The position numbers and the translations under genes are program-made. The notes beneath the pieces are model-generated. The model saw nothing but the letters and a program-made list of their open reading frames with translations. It did not search any database and was not told where the DNA came from. From positions 26,392 through 90,391 of the forward strand of contig PAHW01000002.1 of the NCBI GenBank assembly GCA_002705305.1: 64,000 nt of DNA. Direction: 5' to 3'. Each line of letters opens with the position of its first letter. The stretch's first letter is position 1. Source of the DNA: Acidimicrobiaceae bacterium (GTDB lineage: Bacteria; Actinomycetota; Acidimicrobiia; Acidimicrobiales; Poriferisodalaceae). Positions 47,018 through 57,139 of this stretch are shown here, in pieces.

Positions 47018-47719
47018 CTAACCCCCAGCGCACCCGATCTTAGGTGTCACATGGGGAACGCGACCCGTGCGCAATGACGTGACCGTTCCCTCCGCGTCCA
47101 ACTCCCAGATGACCCGCATATTCTTGTCGCCATCAGACACAGGTACGTACATCACGTAATCACCGTCAGCTGACTCTTGAATTTTGGAACCAAAGGCGGT
47201 TTTGATTGCGTCTTTCGTTGAACCTATTCCGTACCCAGACTTCGTGGTTATCGGACCGCTCGAAATGTCTACTCGTACAACCTCCCCGTTCACCACCATA
47301 AACGACGCTCCAGTCGCTCCAGCAGCCGGGGTGTAGTAGCGGCAGGCCTCGCTTCCCGTCGATGCCGCGATAAGTTCAACCCCGGCCTCGGATTGTGCCT
47401 CTTCCACCAACTGTCCGATGCGAACCGGCCCCAGTCCAGCAGTAGTGATCGAGTCATCGTTCGTCAGAAGAGGCGGCAACGTCGTCGAAGTTTCCGTACC
47501 GTAACGCTCAGCTGCTGTTTGAATAGCTGCGGTAGTCGAACTTGGTTGCGCGTCGTCCGTGGCCTGCGAAGAAGCGGCCTTCGATGTGGTGACGGTCGGT
47601 AGAGTTGTGGTCGAGTCCGTCGAATCAGTGGTGCCGAGCGAACACCCTGCTGTGAGCAGGGCGACACAGAAAGACCCACCGAGGACCATAAGTAATTTCG
47701 ATGTTCGAGTTGCGTTCAT
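47018..47719 (-). CDS. Putative lipoprotein with Ser/Thr-rich linker
   Basis: Signal peptide plus lipobox (LLTAGCS), followed by a T/S-rich low-complexity tract and a globular C-terminal domain of unknown family. Confidence 0.55.
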   Translation of the reverse strand: MNATRTSKLLMVLGGSFCVALLTAGCSLGTTDSTDSTTTLPTVTTSKAASSQATDDAQPSSTTAAIQTAAERYGTETSTTLPPLLTNDDSITTAGLGPVRIGQLVEEAQSEAGVELIAASTGSEACRYYTPAAGATGASFMVVNGEVVRVDISSGPITTKSGYGIGSTKDAIKTAFGSKIQESADGDYVMYVPVSDGDKNMRVIWELDAEGTVTSLRTGRVPHVTPKIGCAGG

Positions 47720-47908
47720 CCGCTGTCTACCTCATGTCGACGTCGTCCAAGTCACGACGGCTAGCTAATAATCCAGGTATTGATGAGGGTACCTCTGTTC
47801 GCCTCAATGTGTCGGCCGAGCCCTTGAGTTAGTCTGAAATGAAGGAAATTAGCTTCAACGCGTGGCGACCGATTCGTAATTGGGTGTTCGCCTAAGGGAG
47901 GACCTTTC

Positions 47909-49633
47909 GTGTCTGATCCAGAGTTCGACATCGTCATCAGAGGAGGCTCAGTCGTCGACGGCGACGGTTCGCCAATCAAAGAAGCCGATGTAGCAATTTT
48001 AGGTGACCGAATTGTTGGTGTGGGCGAGATCAACGGTTCTGGCTATCGCGAAATTGACGCGAAAGGCCGCATCGTTACCCCAGGCTTCGTTGACATACAC
48101 ACCCACCTCGATGCCCAGTTGGCTTGGGACCCGATTGGATCGAGTTCTTGTTGGCACGGCATCACCTCGGTGGTAATGGGCAACTGCGGGGTGACGTTCG
48201 CTCCTGTTCGCACTGAAGACATCTCATATTTGGCTGAAGTGATGGAATCGGTTGAGGACATCCCGAGAGAGGCAATCCTGGAAGGTTTGCCATGGGATTG
48301 GCGGACCTATGGCGAATACCTGGACTTTCTAGATGGATTGCCTAAAGGCTTGAACGTAGGCGGCATGGTTGGGCACGTGGCAGTTCGCTGGAACGTCATG
48401 GGGCAGGACAGCCTTGACGAAGATCCTGCTTCTCCTGAACAAATCGAAGCGATGTGCGCGCTCGTTGACGAAGCCATGTCAGCAGGTGCGCTCGGGTTCT
48501 CAACTTCTCGAACGCTGCTACATCGCACCCCTGATGGTCGACCCATCCCCGGAACTTTCGCTGATGACGACGAACTGTACGCGTTTGCCGAAGTGTTAGG
48601 TCGCCACGAACGCGGTGTCTTTGAAGCCGCGCCTCGTTTCGAAAAAGCCGGCGCAGACTGGGCCGGCCTGAAACATGAGATACGGACGCTTGGAGAAATC
48701 ACGCGGCGAAGTGGACGCCCATCAACGTTTGGTCTCGTGTACAACGCTGTTCGGCCAGACATGAGTGAAGTCGCGCTAATTGAAGTTGCGTCAGAAAACT
48801 CAAACGGCGCAACCCTCCGACCTCAGACCACCTGTCGCCCGATCGGTGTGGTTCTTGGAATCCAACATCGGACGCCCTGGGCTCGCGCCGGAGCGACATG
48901 GAGGTCAATGCAGCATCTGGATCTCGCGGGCCGACTCGCCGTCATCAGAGATCCCGAAAGCCGCCGACGGCTAATTGAGGAGGCCAACAACCCCGAGGAG
49001 ATTCACGGCGGCGGCAGCGCAATGGTTGATCTCAGCCGGCTGTATCTCCTTGACGCCGAAAATCCCAACTATCGAGTAGGACCGGACGGGACCTTAGAAG
49101 CGAAAGCCGCTCAGGAAGGCATTACACCCGTCGAATTGTTCCTAAACGAAACCGACCGTTCAGACGGTTCGGTGATGCTTTCGCTGCCCATTTTAAACCA
49201 GGACTATGAAGCCATCGAAACCATGCTCCAGGACGAATCAATCGTCATGGGCCTAGCCGATGCAGGGGCACATGTGGGGCAAATCATGGATTCCAGTCAA
49301 CCGACCTACTTCCTGAGCCACTGGGTTCGAGACACCGGATTTTTCTCCCTCGAAGAGGGCGTGCGGAGAATCACTTCGGATACAGCGGATCTGTTCGGAC
49401 TAGTGGACCGCGGGCGAATAGTCGAGGGCGGCTACGCGGACATCAACATCATCGACTTTGACCAATTGGCCCTAACCGGACCCGAATACGTACATGACTT
49501 CCCCGGAGGGTCGGGACGTTACGTGCAACGCGGAGTCGGATACGACGCCACGATTGTCAACGGCCAGGTGTTCATGGAACACGGGGAACACACCGGTGCT
49601 TTAGCTGGCGTCACGCTGCGCTCAACAGACTGA
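47909..49633 (+). CDS. N-acyl-D-amino-acid deacylase (D-aminoacylase) family amidohydrolase
   Basis: GTG start preceded by AAGGGAGGA. Contains IRGGSVVDGDG...GFVDIHTHLD and ADAGAHV. Paralogue of 3750..5462. Confidence 0.8.
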   Translation: MSDPEFDIVIRGGSVVDGDGSPIKEADVAILGDRIVGVGEINGSGYREIDAKGRIVTPGFVDIHTHLDAQLAWDPIGSSSCWHGITSVVMGNCGVTFAPVRTEDISYLAEVMESVEDIPREAILEGLPWDWRTYGEYLDFLDGLPKGLNVGGMVGHVAVRWNVMGQDSLDEDPASPEQIEAMCALVDEAMSAGALGFSTSRTLLHRTPDGRPIPGTFADDDELYAFAEVLGRHERGVFEAAPRFEKAGADWAGLKHEIRTLGEITRRSGRPSTFGLVYNAVRPDMSEVALIEVASENSNGATLRPQTTCRPIGVVLGIQHRTPWARAGATWRSMQHLDLAGRLAVIRDPESRRRLIEEANNPEEIHGGGSAMVDLSRLYLLDAENPNYRVGPDGTLEAKAAQEGITPVELFLNETDRSDGSVMLSLPILNQDYEAIETMLQDESIVMGLADAGAHVGQIMDSSQPTYFLSHWVRDTGFFSLEEGVRRITSDTADLFGLVDRGRIVEGGYADINIIDFDQLALTGPEYVHDFPGGSGRYVQRGVGYDATIVNGQVFMEHGEHTGALAGVTLRSTD

Positions 49634-49666
49634 GGCCTTTCACAGCGGTACCGCTAGGGTGCAGTG

Positions 49667-50143
49667 ATGGCTTCACCCCCCAAAATGAACATCGATGAAC
49701 AGATGATTTATCGAGTCACTCTTGAGACCAACAAGGGGAGCATAGTTATGGACTTAGATCCAAAATTGGCTCCCAATAGCGTGAACAATTTCGTCAATTT
49801 GGCCCGCGATGGCTACTACACCGGATTGACGTTTCACCGCGTTGTACCAGATTTTGTCGTTCAGGGAGGATGCCCAGAAGGGACCGGAACAGGCGGCCCT
49901 GGGTATCGGTTCGACGACGAACCAGTTACGGGCGATTACACCCTTGGGGCGGTAGCAATGGCAAATGCCGGACCCAATACGAATGGAAGCCAATTCTTCA
50001 TCTGCATCGATGACTGTCGATCCAAATTGGCGCCCGCCTACAACCTTTTTGGGCATGTCTCCAGTGGTATGGAAACGGCCTTAAATATTCAAGTTGGAGA
50101 TGTAATGGAATCCGTTGAGATTGAGGAAATCGGCGTCGCGTAG
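49667..50143 (+). CDS. Peptidyl-prolyl cis-trans isomerase, cyclophilin type
   Basis: Contains FHRVVPDFVVQGG, MANAGPNTNGSQFFI and the LFGHV motif. Confidence 0.85.
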   Translation: MASPPKMNIDEQMIYRVTLETNKGSIVMDLDPKLAPNSVNNFVNLARDGYYTGLTFHRVVPDFVVQGGCPEGTGTGGPGYRFDDEPVTGDYTLGAVAMANAGPNTNGSQFFICIDDCRSKLAPAYNLFGHVSSGMETALNIQVGDVMESVEIEEIGVA

Positions 50144-50209
50144 ATCGGCCATGAATCTGAGCCACCAGGAACGCTATGGTGGGTTCCTCATGACCGAAGG
50201 GGACAGTTA

Positions 50210-51004
50210 ATGGGTGACGTAGTCCTATACGAAGAAAACGACGGTGTCGCGCTGGTAACCCTTAACCGGCCCGAACGCCTTAATTCATGGACCGATGAGC
50301 TCGGCTCAGCTTATTTTGATGCTCTCGATCGTGGCGCGGCCTCGAGCGATGTCAACGCAATAGTGGTGACGGGTGCAGGAAGAGGATTCTGCTCAGGAGC
50401 TGACATGGACATGCTCCAGGGAATTGGAGCAAGCGAAGGCGGGGAAGAAACACCCCAACAACTACGAGCCGAAAGACATGACTACGCCCTTACCATCCCC
50501 AAACCGGTAATAGCCGCCATCAACGGGGCATGCGCCGGCTTGGGCTTCGTTCACGCGATGATGTGCGATATTCGCTTTGCCGCCGAGGGAGCGAAATTTA
50601 CCAGTGCGTTCTCGCGACGAGGACTGATCGCTGAACATGGCGTGTCCTACATGTTGCCGAGAGTTGTCGGTCCCTCTAATGCGTTAGACATCTTGATGTC
50701 CGGACGCGTTTTCTTAGCGGAAGAAGCTAAAGAGATGGGCGTAGTGAGTCGGGTGTTGGCCCCGGAGGATCTACTTACCGCCACTGTCGAATACGCGCAG
50801 GAATTGGGGCGCTACAGCGCGCCATGGTCGATGGCCCAGATGAAGCGCCAAGTCTGGACCCAAATGGACATGGCTCGCACAGACGCTTTGAACGAATCAA
50901 ATCAAATAATGGCTCAATCGTTGAAGAGGCCAGATTTCAAGGAAGGAGTCGCGAGTTTCGTTGAAAAACGCGATCCCTCCTTTGAGCCAGTCACAGGCCT
51001 ATAA
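50210..51004 (+). CDS. Enoyl-CoA hydratase/isomerase (crotonase fold)
   Basis: LNRPERLNS, FCSGADM and GACAGLGF segments. Confidence 0.85.
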   Translation: MGDVVLYEENDGVALVTLNRPERLNSWTDELGSAYFDALDRGAASSDVNAIVVTGAGRGFCSGADMDMLQGIGASEGGEETPQQLRAERHDYALTIPKPVIAAINGACAGLGFVHAMMCDIRFAAEGAKFTSAFSRRGLIAEHGVSYMLPRVVGPSNALDILMSGRVFLAEEAKEMGVVSRVLAPEDLLTATVEYAQELGRYSAPWSMAQMKRQVWTQMDMARTDALNESNQIMAQSLKRPDFKEGVASFVEKRDPSFEPVTGL

Positions 51005-51055
51005 GACATTTCATAGTTGCCGTAAACTCACAGAGGGGCGGTAACGTCATTCGCC

Positions 51056-52672
51056 ATGACTGAGACACTTGGAGCCTTCGCTGTCTTAGCTTGGCTGGCT
51101 TATCTAGCCAGCAGATTGTTGGCCAGTCGCCATCTGCCCGAACTAGTCGGATTCTTAATCGTGGGAGCTGTTCTAGGGCCTTCGGGAATTGAATTGATAA
51201 GTGAGCACGAACTTGCGTCTCTGCGCCCCCTCACCGAAATTGCTTTAGCCGTACTCATGTTCATCATCGGTCAGAGAGTGTCCACCAGGGCGCTTCGGGC
51301 AGCCCGATGGACTCTTACCACCGGTGTAACCCAATACGTTCTCAGCGCAGTGCTGGTTTTCATGGCAACCAGCGCTGTTGGCGCTGATAGGCCGGTTGCC
51401 TTGGTGCTCGCTGCCCTTGCCGGAGCCGGTGCGCCAATGACGATCGCCCACATCGTGAGTTCAGTGAAGGCGTCGGGAAGTTACCCCATAGGGGTGATAG
51501 GCACCCACGCGGTGTCAGACGCCTTAGCCACGACCACGTTCGCGGCCGTGCTCCCGATAGCTACCGTTCTCGCCGACCAAGAAGCCGATGTTTTTGGAGC
51601 AGTAGTAGATTTCGTGCAACTAGGTATTGGTGGCGCAGTTCTTGGGTTGTTGGGAGGAATGTTTGTATCGCGTCTCGGCTTTCAAATCGAAACGTCAGGT
51701 GAACTGCTTCTTTTCTTCCTAGTGCACATTCTGCTCGGTTGGTCGATCGCCGACTGGCTCAACATTTCTCTACCTCTAGCGGCCTTGATGGCCGGTGCCA
51801 CAGCGGCATCGGTATCGCCAGAAGCTTTCTCGCTACGACTTTTCAGAACCATTCGAAGCATCGAGCAACCTCTCTACCTACTCTTCTTTGCTCTTGCCGG
51901 GGCCTCCATCCATCTCGGAGATCTTGGAAGTGTTGGACTACTGGGATTGGTGTACATAGGGGTCCGAGTCGCAGCGAAAATAATTGGAGGGTTAACCGGA
52001 GGGTTGTTGGGTGGACTCGGATGGAGGACCTCGCTTCGTCTGGGAGTGAACCTGACGCCTCAAGCGGGTGTGGCTGTAGGTCTCGCAGTGCTCGCGAGTG
52101 AAGTGCTCGGTGCCCCGGGATCTGAAGCGGCCACCGTAGTTTTGGGATCCGTTGTCTTGTTTGAACTCATCGGACCGATTCTCGTAGCTAAGGATCTGCA
52201 CAGCACGGGGGACGACAATGAACCAGGCTCGGTTGATCCGACCCGAGTGGAGCTACCGGCCCGGGTACTTATAGCGTCTTCGATAGCGGTGGAAATTCCC
52301 GAATGGCTTATTGACCTTGCCGCTAGGTGGCGTTCTCGTTTAGTCGTCTACCAGCCAGGGGAAGCAGATTCCGAACACGTGTCACAACTCTTGGCTCGAT
52401 GCGCCACCAAAGACGTCGAAGTGGAATTCCGAAGCCTAAGAAATGAAAGTTTCACCGGCGCAGTGGTGAGAACGAGGGCAGAAGTTCGAGCTGACATGGT
52501 CGTCTTGTTTGCTGCAAGACCTCAAGGAGCCACTTCGCGCCTTGTCCTTTTTCCGTACGAACGAATTGCACGCGAACTTTCGGTGCCGGTGTTGACTTTT
52601 CCCATTACGACCGAAGGTCCACCAGAGCCGCCACACAGGGCTCGTCGTTGGCCTTGGTCACATCGAGATTGA
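51056..52672 (+). CDS. Cation:proton antiporter (CPA-type) with C-terminal soluble USP-like domain
   Basis: About 390 aa of repeated hydrophobic helices with an N-terminus like Kef/NapA-type exchangers. A soluble tail of about 140 aa (VLIASS...MVVLFAAR...VPVLTFP) resembles universal stress protein folds. Confidence 0.65.
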   Translation: MTETLGAFAVLAWLAYLASRLLASRHLPELVGFLIVGAVLGPSGIELISEHELASLRPLTEIALAVLMFIIGQRVSTRALRAARWTLTTGVTQYVLSAVLVFMATSAVGADRPVALVLAALAGAGAPMTIAHIVSSVKASGSYPIGVIGTHAVSDALATTTFAAVLPIATVLADQEADVFGAVVDFVQLGIGGAVLGLLGGMFVSRLGFQIETSGELLLFFLVHILLGWSIADWLNISLPLAALMAGATAASVSPEAFSLRLFRTIRSIEQPLYLLFFALAGASIHLGDLGSVGLLGLVYIGVRVAAKIIGGLTGGLLGGLGWRTSLRLGVNLTPQAGVAVGLAVLASEVLGAPGSEAATVVLGSVVLFELIGPILVAKDLHSTGDDNEPGSVDPTRVELPARVLIASSIAVEIPEWLIDLAARWRSRLVVYQPGEADSEHVSQLLARCATKDVEVEFRSLRNESFTGAVVRTRAEVRADMVVLFAARPQGATSRLVLFPYERIARELSVPVLTFPITTEGPPEPPHRARRWPWSHRD

Positions 52673-52735
52673 TGAACAATTGCTCGCCAGGCCTGGTTAC
52701 GAGCAGACTGTATTTGCTGAACAAAGGAAGTAGTG

Positions 52736-53536
52736 ATGTCCGATCGTGTTTTAGTAAGCGTCGTTGACGGAGTCGCCGATGTCCGGTTAAACCGGCCCGA
52801 AAAGCTAAACGCCCTCGACAGCGCAATGTTCAAAGCGCTGGCGGATGCGGGGGAGAGCCTAAAGGACCGCTCGGATGTGCGAGCGGTAGTCCTCAGCGGC
52901 GAAGGAAGGTCTTTTTGCGCGGGCCTCGATTTCTCGTCGTTTCAGGCAATGGGCACCTCGAAAGAAGATAAAAACGAACCCGACGCCGTAGATCATCTCG
53001 AAGGTCGAATCACACACCTCGGTCAACAAGCCGCTTGGGTATGGCAGGAACTACAGGTTCCAGTCATTGGAGCGATTTCAGGGCACGCACTTGGTGGGGG
53101 ATTTCAGATTGCAATGGGACCAGATATCCGCTTGGTTCATCCCGAAACGAAAATGTCGGTTCTTGAAATTAGGTGGGGCCTAGTGCCGGATATGGGAGCC
53201 TCGGTTCTTCTACCGCCCTTAGTTGGTCTGGATGTCGCTAAAGAGCTGTACTTCACCGGGCGAATGATCTCGGGAACTGAAGCAGCGGAACTTGGGGTCG
53301 CTACCCGAGTCAGCGATGACCCTCACACGGAAGCCTTGGACTTGGCGAAAGAAATAGCCGAAAAGAATCCTGAAGCCATCCGTCGGATGAAAACAATTCT
53401 CAACGGACTCGGCGAACGCTCCACAGCTGAACGTTTCGCTGCTGAACGTGAACACATTGGAGCGCTAATCGGATCACCAAACCAAGTGGAGGCGGTCTCA
53501 GCCTTCTTCGAAAAGCGCACTCCCAGATTCTCGTGA
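52736..53536 (+). CDS. Enoyl-CoA hydratase/isomerase (crotonase fold)
   Basis: LNRPEKLNAL, FCAGLDF and GHALGGGF segments. Confidence 0.85.
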   Translation: MSDRVLVSVVDGVADVRLNRPEKLNALDSAMFKALADAGESLKDRSDVRAVVLSGEGRSFCAGLDFSSFQAMGTSKEDKNEPDAVDHLEGRITHLGQQAAWVWQELQVPVIGAISGHALGGGFQIAMGPDIRLVHPETKMSVLEIRWGLVPDMGASVLLPPLVGLDVAKELYFTGRMISGTEAAELGVATRVSDDPHTEALDLAKEIAEKNPEAIRRMKTILNGLGERSTAERFAAEREHIGALIGSPNQVEAVSAFFEKRTPRFS

Positions 53537-53565
53537 TCCTTGTCGGTATCTGAAACACTGACGAC

Positions 53566-54348
53566 GTGACTTCAACCATTGATTCTTTACTTGCCGATGC
53601 TTGCGAGTTGGCTGAGGCAGCAGGGTCCCTCACGCTGAAATGGTTCAGGCAATCCAACCTTAAAGTGGACGCCAAAGTTGATGGGACCGAAGTCACAGCG
53701 GCCGATCGCGCTGCCGAACGATTTATTCGCGAGGAGTTAGCCCGCCGCTATCCGCATCACGCGGTTTACGGTGAGGAAGAAGGAGGGGAAATCGCAGTAG
53801 ACGGGCTTTCGTGGATCATTGATCCGATCGACGGAACACGCGGCTTCGTTCGAGGTGTACCGCTGTATGCGACCCTGTTGGCAGTTGTCGACGGCGACGG
53901 TCCACTCGTGGGAGTCATTCATCTTCCGTCGCTGCGTTCCACAATCGCGGCTGGGCGCGGCAGTGGGTGCCATCTTGACGGTCAACAGTGTTGGGTGAGT
54001 AATCGGTCTGATTTAGATGGCTCGCTTGTGAACACAAGTAGTTACGAAACGCTGTCGAACACGGCACTACTCGGTTTGAAGGCGTCGGGGGCAATGATGA
54101 GGACATGGGGTGACGCATACGGCTACTACTTGGTGGCAAGCGGGCAAGCCGAAGTAATGATCGATCCGATCTGTTCCCCGTGGGACCTCGCACCGATGCC
54201 AGTGATCATCGAGGAGGCAGGCGGAATCTTCACCGACATGAAAGGTAACAGTGAATTAGATTTCCGTGCGCCCCCAGATTCCATAGACGGAGTTGCTACC
54301 AACGGATTGATACACGAGCAGCTACTCGACGCCCTGGGGGACCAATGA
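53566..54348 (+). CDS. Inositol monophosphatase family protein (possibly HisN-type histidinol-phosphatase)
   Basis: Metal-binding motifs GEEEGG, WIIDPIDGT and WD. GTG start. The function within the family is not resolvable from sequence alone. Confidence 0.7.
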   Translation: MTSTIDSLLADACELAEAAGSLTLKWFRQSNLKVDAKVDGTEVTAADRAAERFIREELARRYPHHAVYGEEEGGEIAVDGLSWIIDPIDGTRGFVRGVPLYATLLAVVDGDGPLVGVIHLPSLRSTIAAGRGSGCHLDGQQCWVSNRSDLDGSLVNTSSYETLSNTALLGLKASGAMMRTWGDAYGYYLVASGQAEVMIDPICSPWDLAPMPVIIEEAGGIFTDMKGNSELDFRAPPDSIDGVATNGLIHEQLLDALGDQ

Positions 54349-55451
54349 CCGAAGGAAATCAGAAGATGCCTAAATGGTTTCCACGAGCGGTGGCTCTCTC
54401 CCTCGGCGGTTTAGCTTTCCTGGGAGCCGCGGTTTGGGTATTGATTCGAGTTCGCTCTTTAATCATCGTCATTCTCGTGTCGTTGTTTCTCTCATTCGCG
54501 ATAGAACCGGCCGTTAACTGGCTAGCGAGAAGGGGGTGGCGTCGCGGGTTAGCCACCCTTGCCATGTTCTTACTCATCCTCCTGGGAGTCGGCGGCTTTT
54601 TATTCGCCATGGGATCCGTTCTGGCCGAACAGATAACAAAACTGACAAACGAAGCCCCCGAATACATAGGGCAAATCGAAGGATGGCTCGAAGATCAGTT
54701 CGGGATCGTTGTGGAGACTGACTCACTCGTAGCGGAGTTTTCAAGCGGCGGAAGCGCAGCGCGTCTCGCCTCCAATGTCGCAGGCGATCTGGTTTCAATT
54801 GGAACAGCACTGATGTCTCTCGTCTTTCAAACGTTGACCGTCTTGCTGTTCACTTTTTATCTAGTAGCTGACGGGCCGAAGCTCCGCCGCCTGCTGTGTT
54901 CAGCGCTACCGCCTTCGAAACAGCAACTTATGTTGAAGGGTTGGGAAATCGCGATTGACAAGACCGGCGCATACATCTACTCAAGGACTTTGCTAGGCCT
55001 TGCCGCCTTCCTAGTTCACTGGATCATCTTTGCTCTGCTGGACGTACCGTCGCCGGTTCCGCTTGCCTTATGGGTCGGAATCATGTCGCAATTCGTTCCG
55101 GTGGCCGGCACATATTTGGCGGGTCTCCTTCCCATACTCATAGCGCTCCTCCACCAGCCAATCAGTGCTTTGTGGGTGTTAATAGCCATCGTCGTCTACC
55201 AGCAGTTAGAGAACTATCTTTTCGCTCCAAGAATCACCGCTCAAACGATGAACATCCACCCAGCCGTAGCGTTTGGCACAGTGATATTGGGAGCCTCGCT
55301 GCTCGGTGTAGTGGGCACCTTATTGGCAGTGCCGGTCGCCGCAACGGTCCAAGCTTTCGTTTCGACCTACATTCGCAGACACGAATTAATCGACTCCGAG
55401 TTACTTGATGATGTTGAGGTTGACGTTCAAACAAACGAAGAAGACGTCTGA
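54345..55451 (+). CDS. AI-2E family transporter (PerM-like)
   Basis: 368 aa, polytopic membrane protein with the conserved C-terminal region (LGASLLGVVGTLLAVPVAA). The start overlaps the upstream stop (ATGA). Confidence 0.75.
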   Translation: MTEGNQKMPKWFPRAVALSLGGLAFLGAAVWVLIRVRSLIIVILVSLFLSFAIEPAVNWLARRGWRRGLATLAMFLLILLGVGGFLFAMGSVLAEQITKLTNEAPEYIGQIEGWLEDQFGIVVETDSLVAEFSSGGSAARLASNVAGDLVSIGTALMSLVFQTLTVLLFTFYLVADGPKLRRLLCSALPPSKQQLMLKGWEIAIDKTGAYIYSRTLLGLAAFLVHWIIFALLDVPSPVPLALWVGIMSQFVPVAGTYLAGLLPILIALLHQPISALWVLIAIVVYQQLENYLFAPRITAQTMNIHPAVAFGTVILGASLLGVVGTLLAVPVAATVQAFVSTYIRRHELIDSELLDDVEVDVQTNEEDV

Positions 55452-55475
55452 CACACAGCTTTTACGCAGGAAGCG

Positions 55476-56027
55476 TCATGGTTCACCGATGATCAACTCA
55501 AGTACGTGTCGTTCATGATGTTGGGTTGGGTTCGATAAGTCGATTAGTACAAGGTCCAATTGTGGGACCTCGTTGAACTCGAGGACCAACGCTGCAGCGC
55601 TAGGTCGTTCAACCATGAGCACCTCCAGCACCTCAATTTTCGGACTCACGGAAGCGAGAGTTTTGTTAAATCGTTGAACCATGCTTCTATCCGAAATCGT
55701 GACAGCTACGATCTCGGCGACCTCAGCGAGAGTGTGGCGCCGATCCGATCGGTAACTGATATTCCAATTCAATTTCTTCGATCTGTCTCTGAGGCCAGCG
55801 TTTCGGAGCCGGCGGACGAGTTCTCGACTGTCCACGCTCACCGCGCCGGCTTCAAGTGCTCGTGCATGTTCCGTTGGGTTTAGGTCATAGTGATCGCCCT
55901 GGAACCCAATGCGCCGTTTTCCGAGTTGGCGGGCGAATTCATGGAGTTCCTCAAGTGAAGTATCCGACACCAGGTGCCCCCAAAGCTGACCTCTCCAGGG
56001 CCAAAGGGGTTTGTCAGCGAGAATCAT
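55476..56027 (-). CDS. DUF4031-domain protein with C-terminal extension
   Basis: WPWRGQLWGHLVSD...ELHEFARQLG...FQGDHYDL matches the recalled DUF4031 signature. ATG 56027 overlaps the upstream stop (ATGA). Confidence 0.55.
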   Translation of the reverse strand: MILADKPLWPWRGQLWGHLVSDTSLEELHEFARQLGKRRIGFQGDHYDLNPTEHARALEAGAVSVDSRELVRRLRNAGLRDRSKKLNWNISYRSDRRHTLAEVAEIVAVTISDRSMVQRFNKTLASVSPKIEVLEVLMVERPSAAALVLEFNEVPQLDLVLIDLSNPTQHHERHVLELIIGEP

Positions 56028-57139
56028 TGCCGGCACTCGATCAGATCGTCGATAAGAGCGTCGTATGTCGGTGCCAGGTTTGCCCATTCGAAACCAGCGA
56101 CGTGAGCCATTGTCGCAGATTGGTACTGGTGAAGCGCGTCTCGTGACCTCGTCAAAACAGATCGAAGCGCCTCGATCAGATTCGTTTCGTAGAGAAGAGT
56201 TGATCGCAGCGATTTAGGCACAATTTCAGGGTACGCAAGGCGATTCGGCAAGACCGGCCTCGCTCCGGCCGCGATTGCCTCTGCTACAGCGACGCCAAAA
56301 AAGTCTTGGCGGGCCGTGGAAACCACCAAATCGCTCTGACAGAGAGCGCTCTCATATGCTCCTCTGTCTTGGTGCCCGCAAAGAATTATTCGTTCTCGTA
56401 ACTGATTGACGAGACGCGATTGCGCTCGCTGCCCGCTGCGTTCAACCTCACCCAAGGCATAGACCTGGAACTCTTGACCCTCCCCGGCGAGTATTGACAT
56501 AGCGTGAACGAACTCGTTTGGGTCCTTGTCGTAGGCCCAACGATGGTTCCACAGGAGCCTTAAAGGACCGGTAGCCGAGCGCGACCGCAAACCTGACATG
56601 GTTATTCCCACTGGCAAGATTTCAATTTTGGACAACACGCATTCCAACTTTGACCCAGCCCCTGGAAGCAATCCCTCGACAAACGGCGGCATTCGCTCCA
56701 TCAACAAGCCTGCGTGAAAGTGCGTTGCGACGACGACTTTGTCGGCGGTTGAAATTGCCGTCCAATCATTGATGATTCCTTTCTGCGACCTCCCTCCTTT
56801 AGGCCCGGGCGGGTATCCAATCTGACTCTCATGCATGTAGAGCAATATCGGGGGTCGAGAGATTTTTGGGCCCAAGAGTCCAGCGACGGTGGCTAGATCA
56901 ATGGGACTGCTTGCTACTAAGGCGTCTGTAGTCGTTGAGTTCTGCGCGATTACTTCAGCAAAATGGGTTGGAGCGGTCGCCAGTGATTGCCGCCATCCAC
57001 TGTCCGGGCCTTCAACAATGTTGAACTGATGCCTGCTGGCCTCACGCCACCCATCGAGCCATGTTCGATGAGATCCTCGGTACCACGGTTCAAGAACCAA
57101 AATATTTGCCACATAGGCGACGCTACATGGGTGCTTCAC
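56024..57139 (-). CDS. DUF3524-domain glycosyltransferase (GT4-like; homologous family to eukaryotic tRNA-queuosine mannosyltransferase)
   Basis: N-terminal ILVLEPWYRGSHRTW matches the recalled DUF3524 signature. The C-terminal half is GT-B-like (FGVAVAEAIAAGARPVLPNRLAYPE). Confidence 0.6.
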   Translation of the reverse strand: MKHPCSVAYVANILVLEPWYRGSHRTWLDGWREASRHQFNIVEGPDSGWRQSLATAPTHFAEVIAQNSTTTDALVASSPIDLATVAGLLGPKISRPPILLYMHESQIGYPPGPKGGRSQKGIINDWTAISTADKVVVATHFHAGLLMERMPPFVEGLLPGAGSKLECVLSKIEILPVGITMSGLRSRSATGPLRLLWNHRWAYDKDPNEFVHAMSILAGEGQEFQVYALGEVERSGQRAQSRLVNQLRERIILCGHQDRGAYESALCQSDLVVSTARQDFFGVAVAEAIAAGARPVLPNRLAYPEIVPKSLRSTLLYETNLIEALRSVLTRSRDALHQYQSATMAHVAGFEWANLAPTYDALIDDLIECRQ

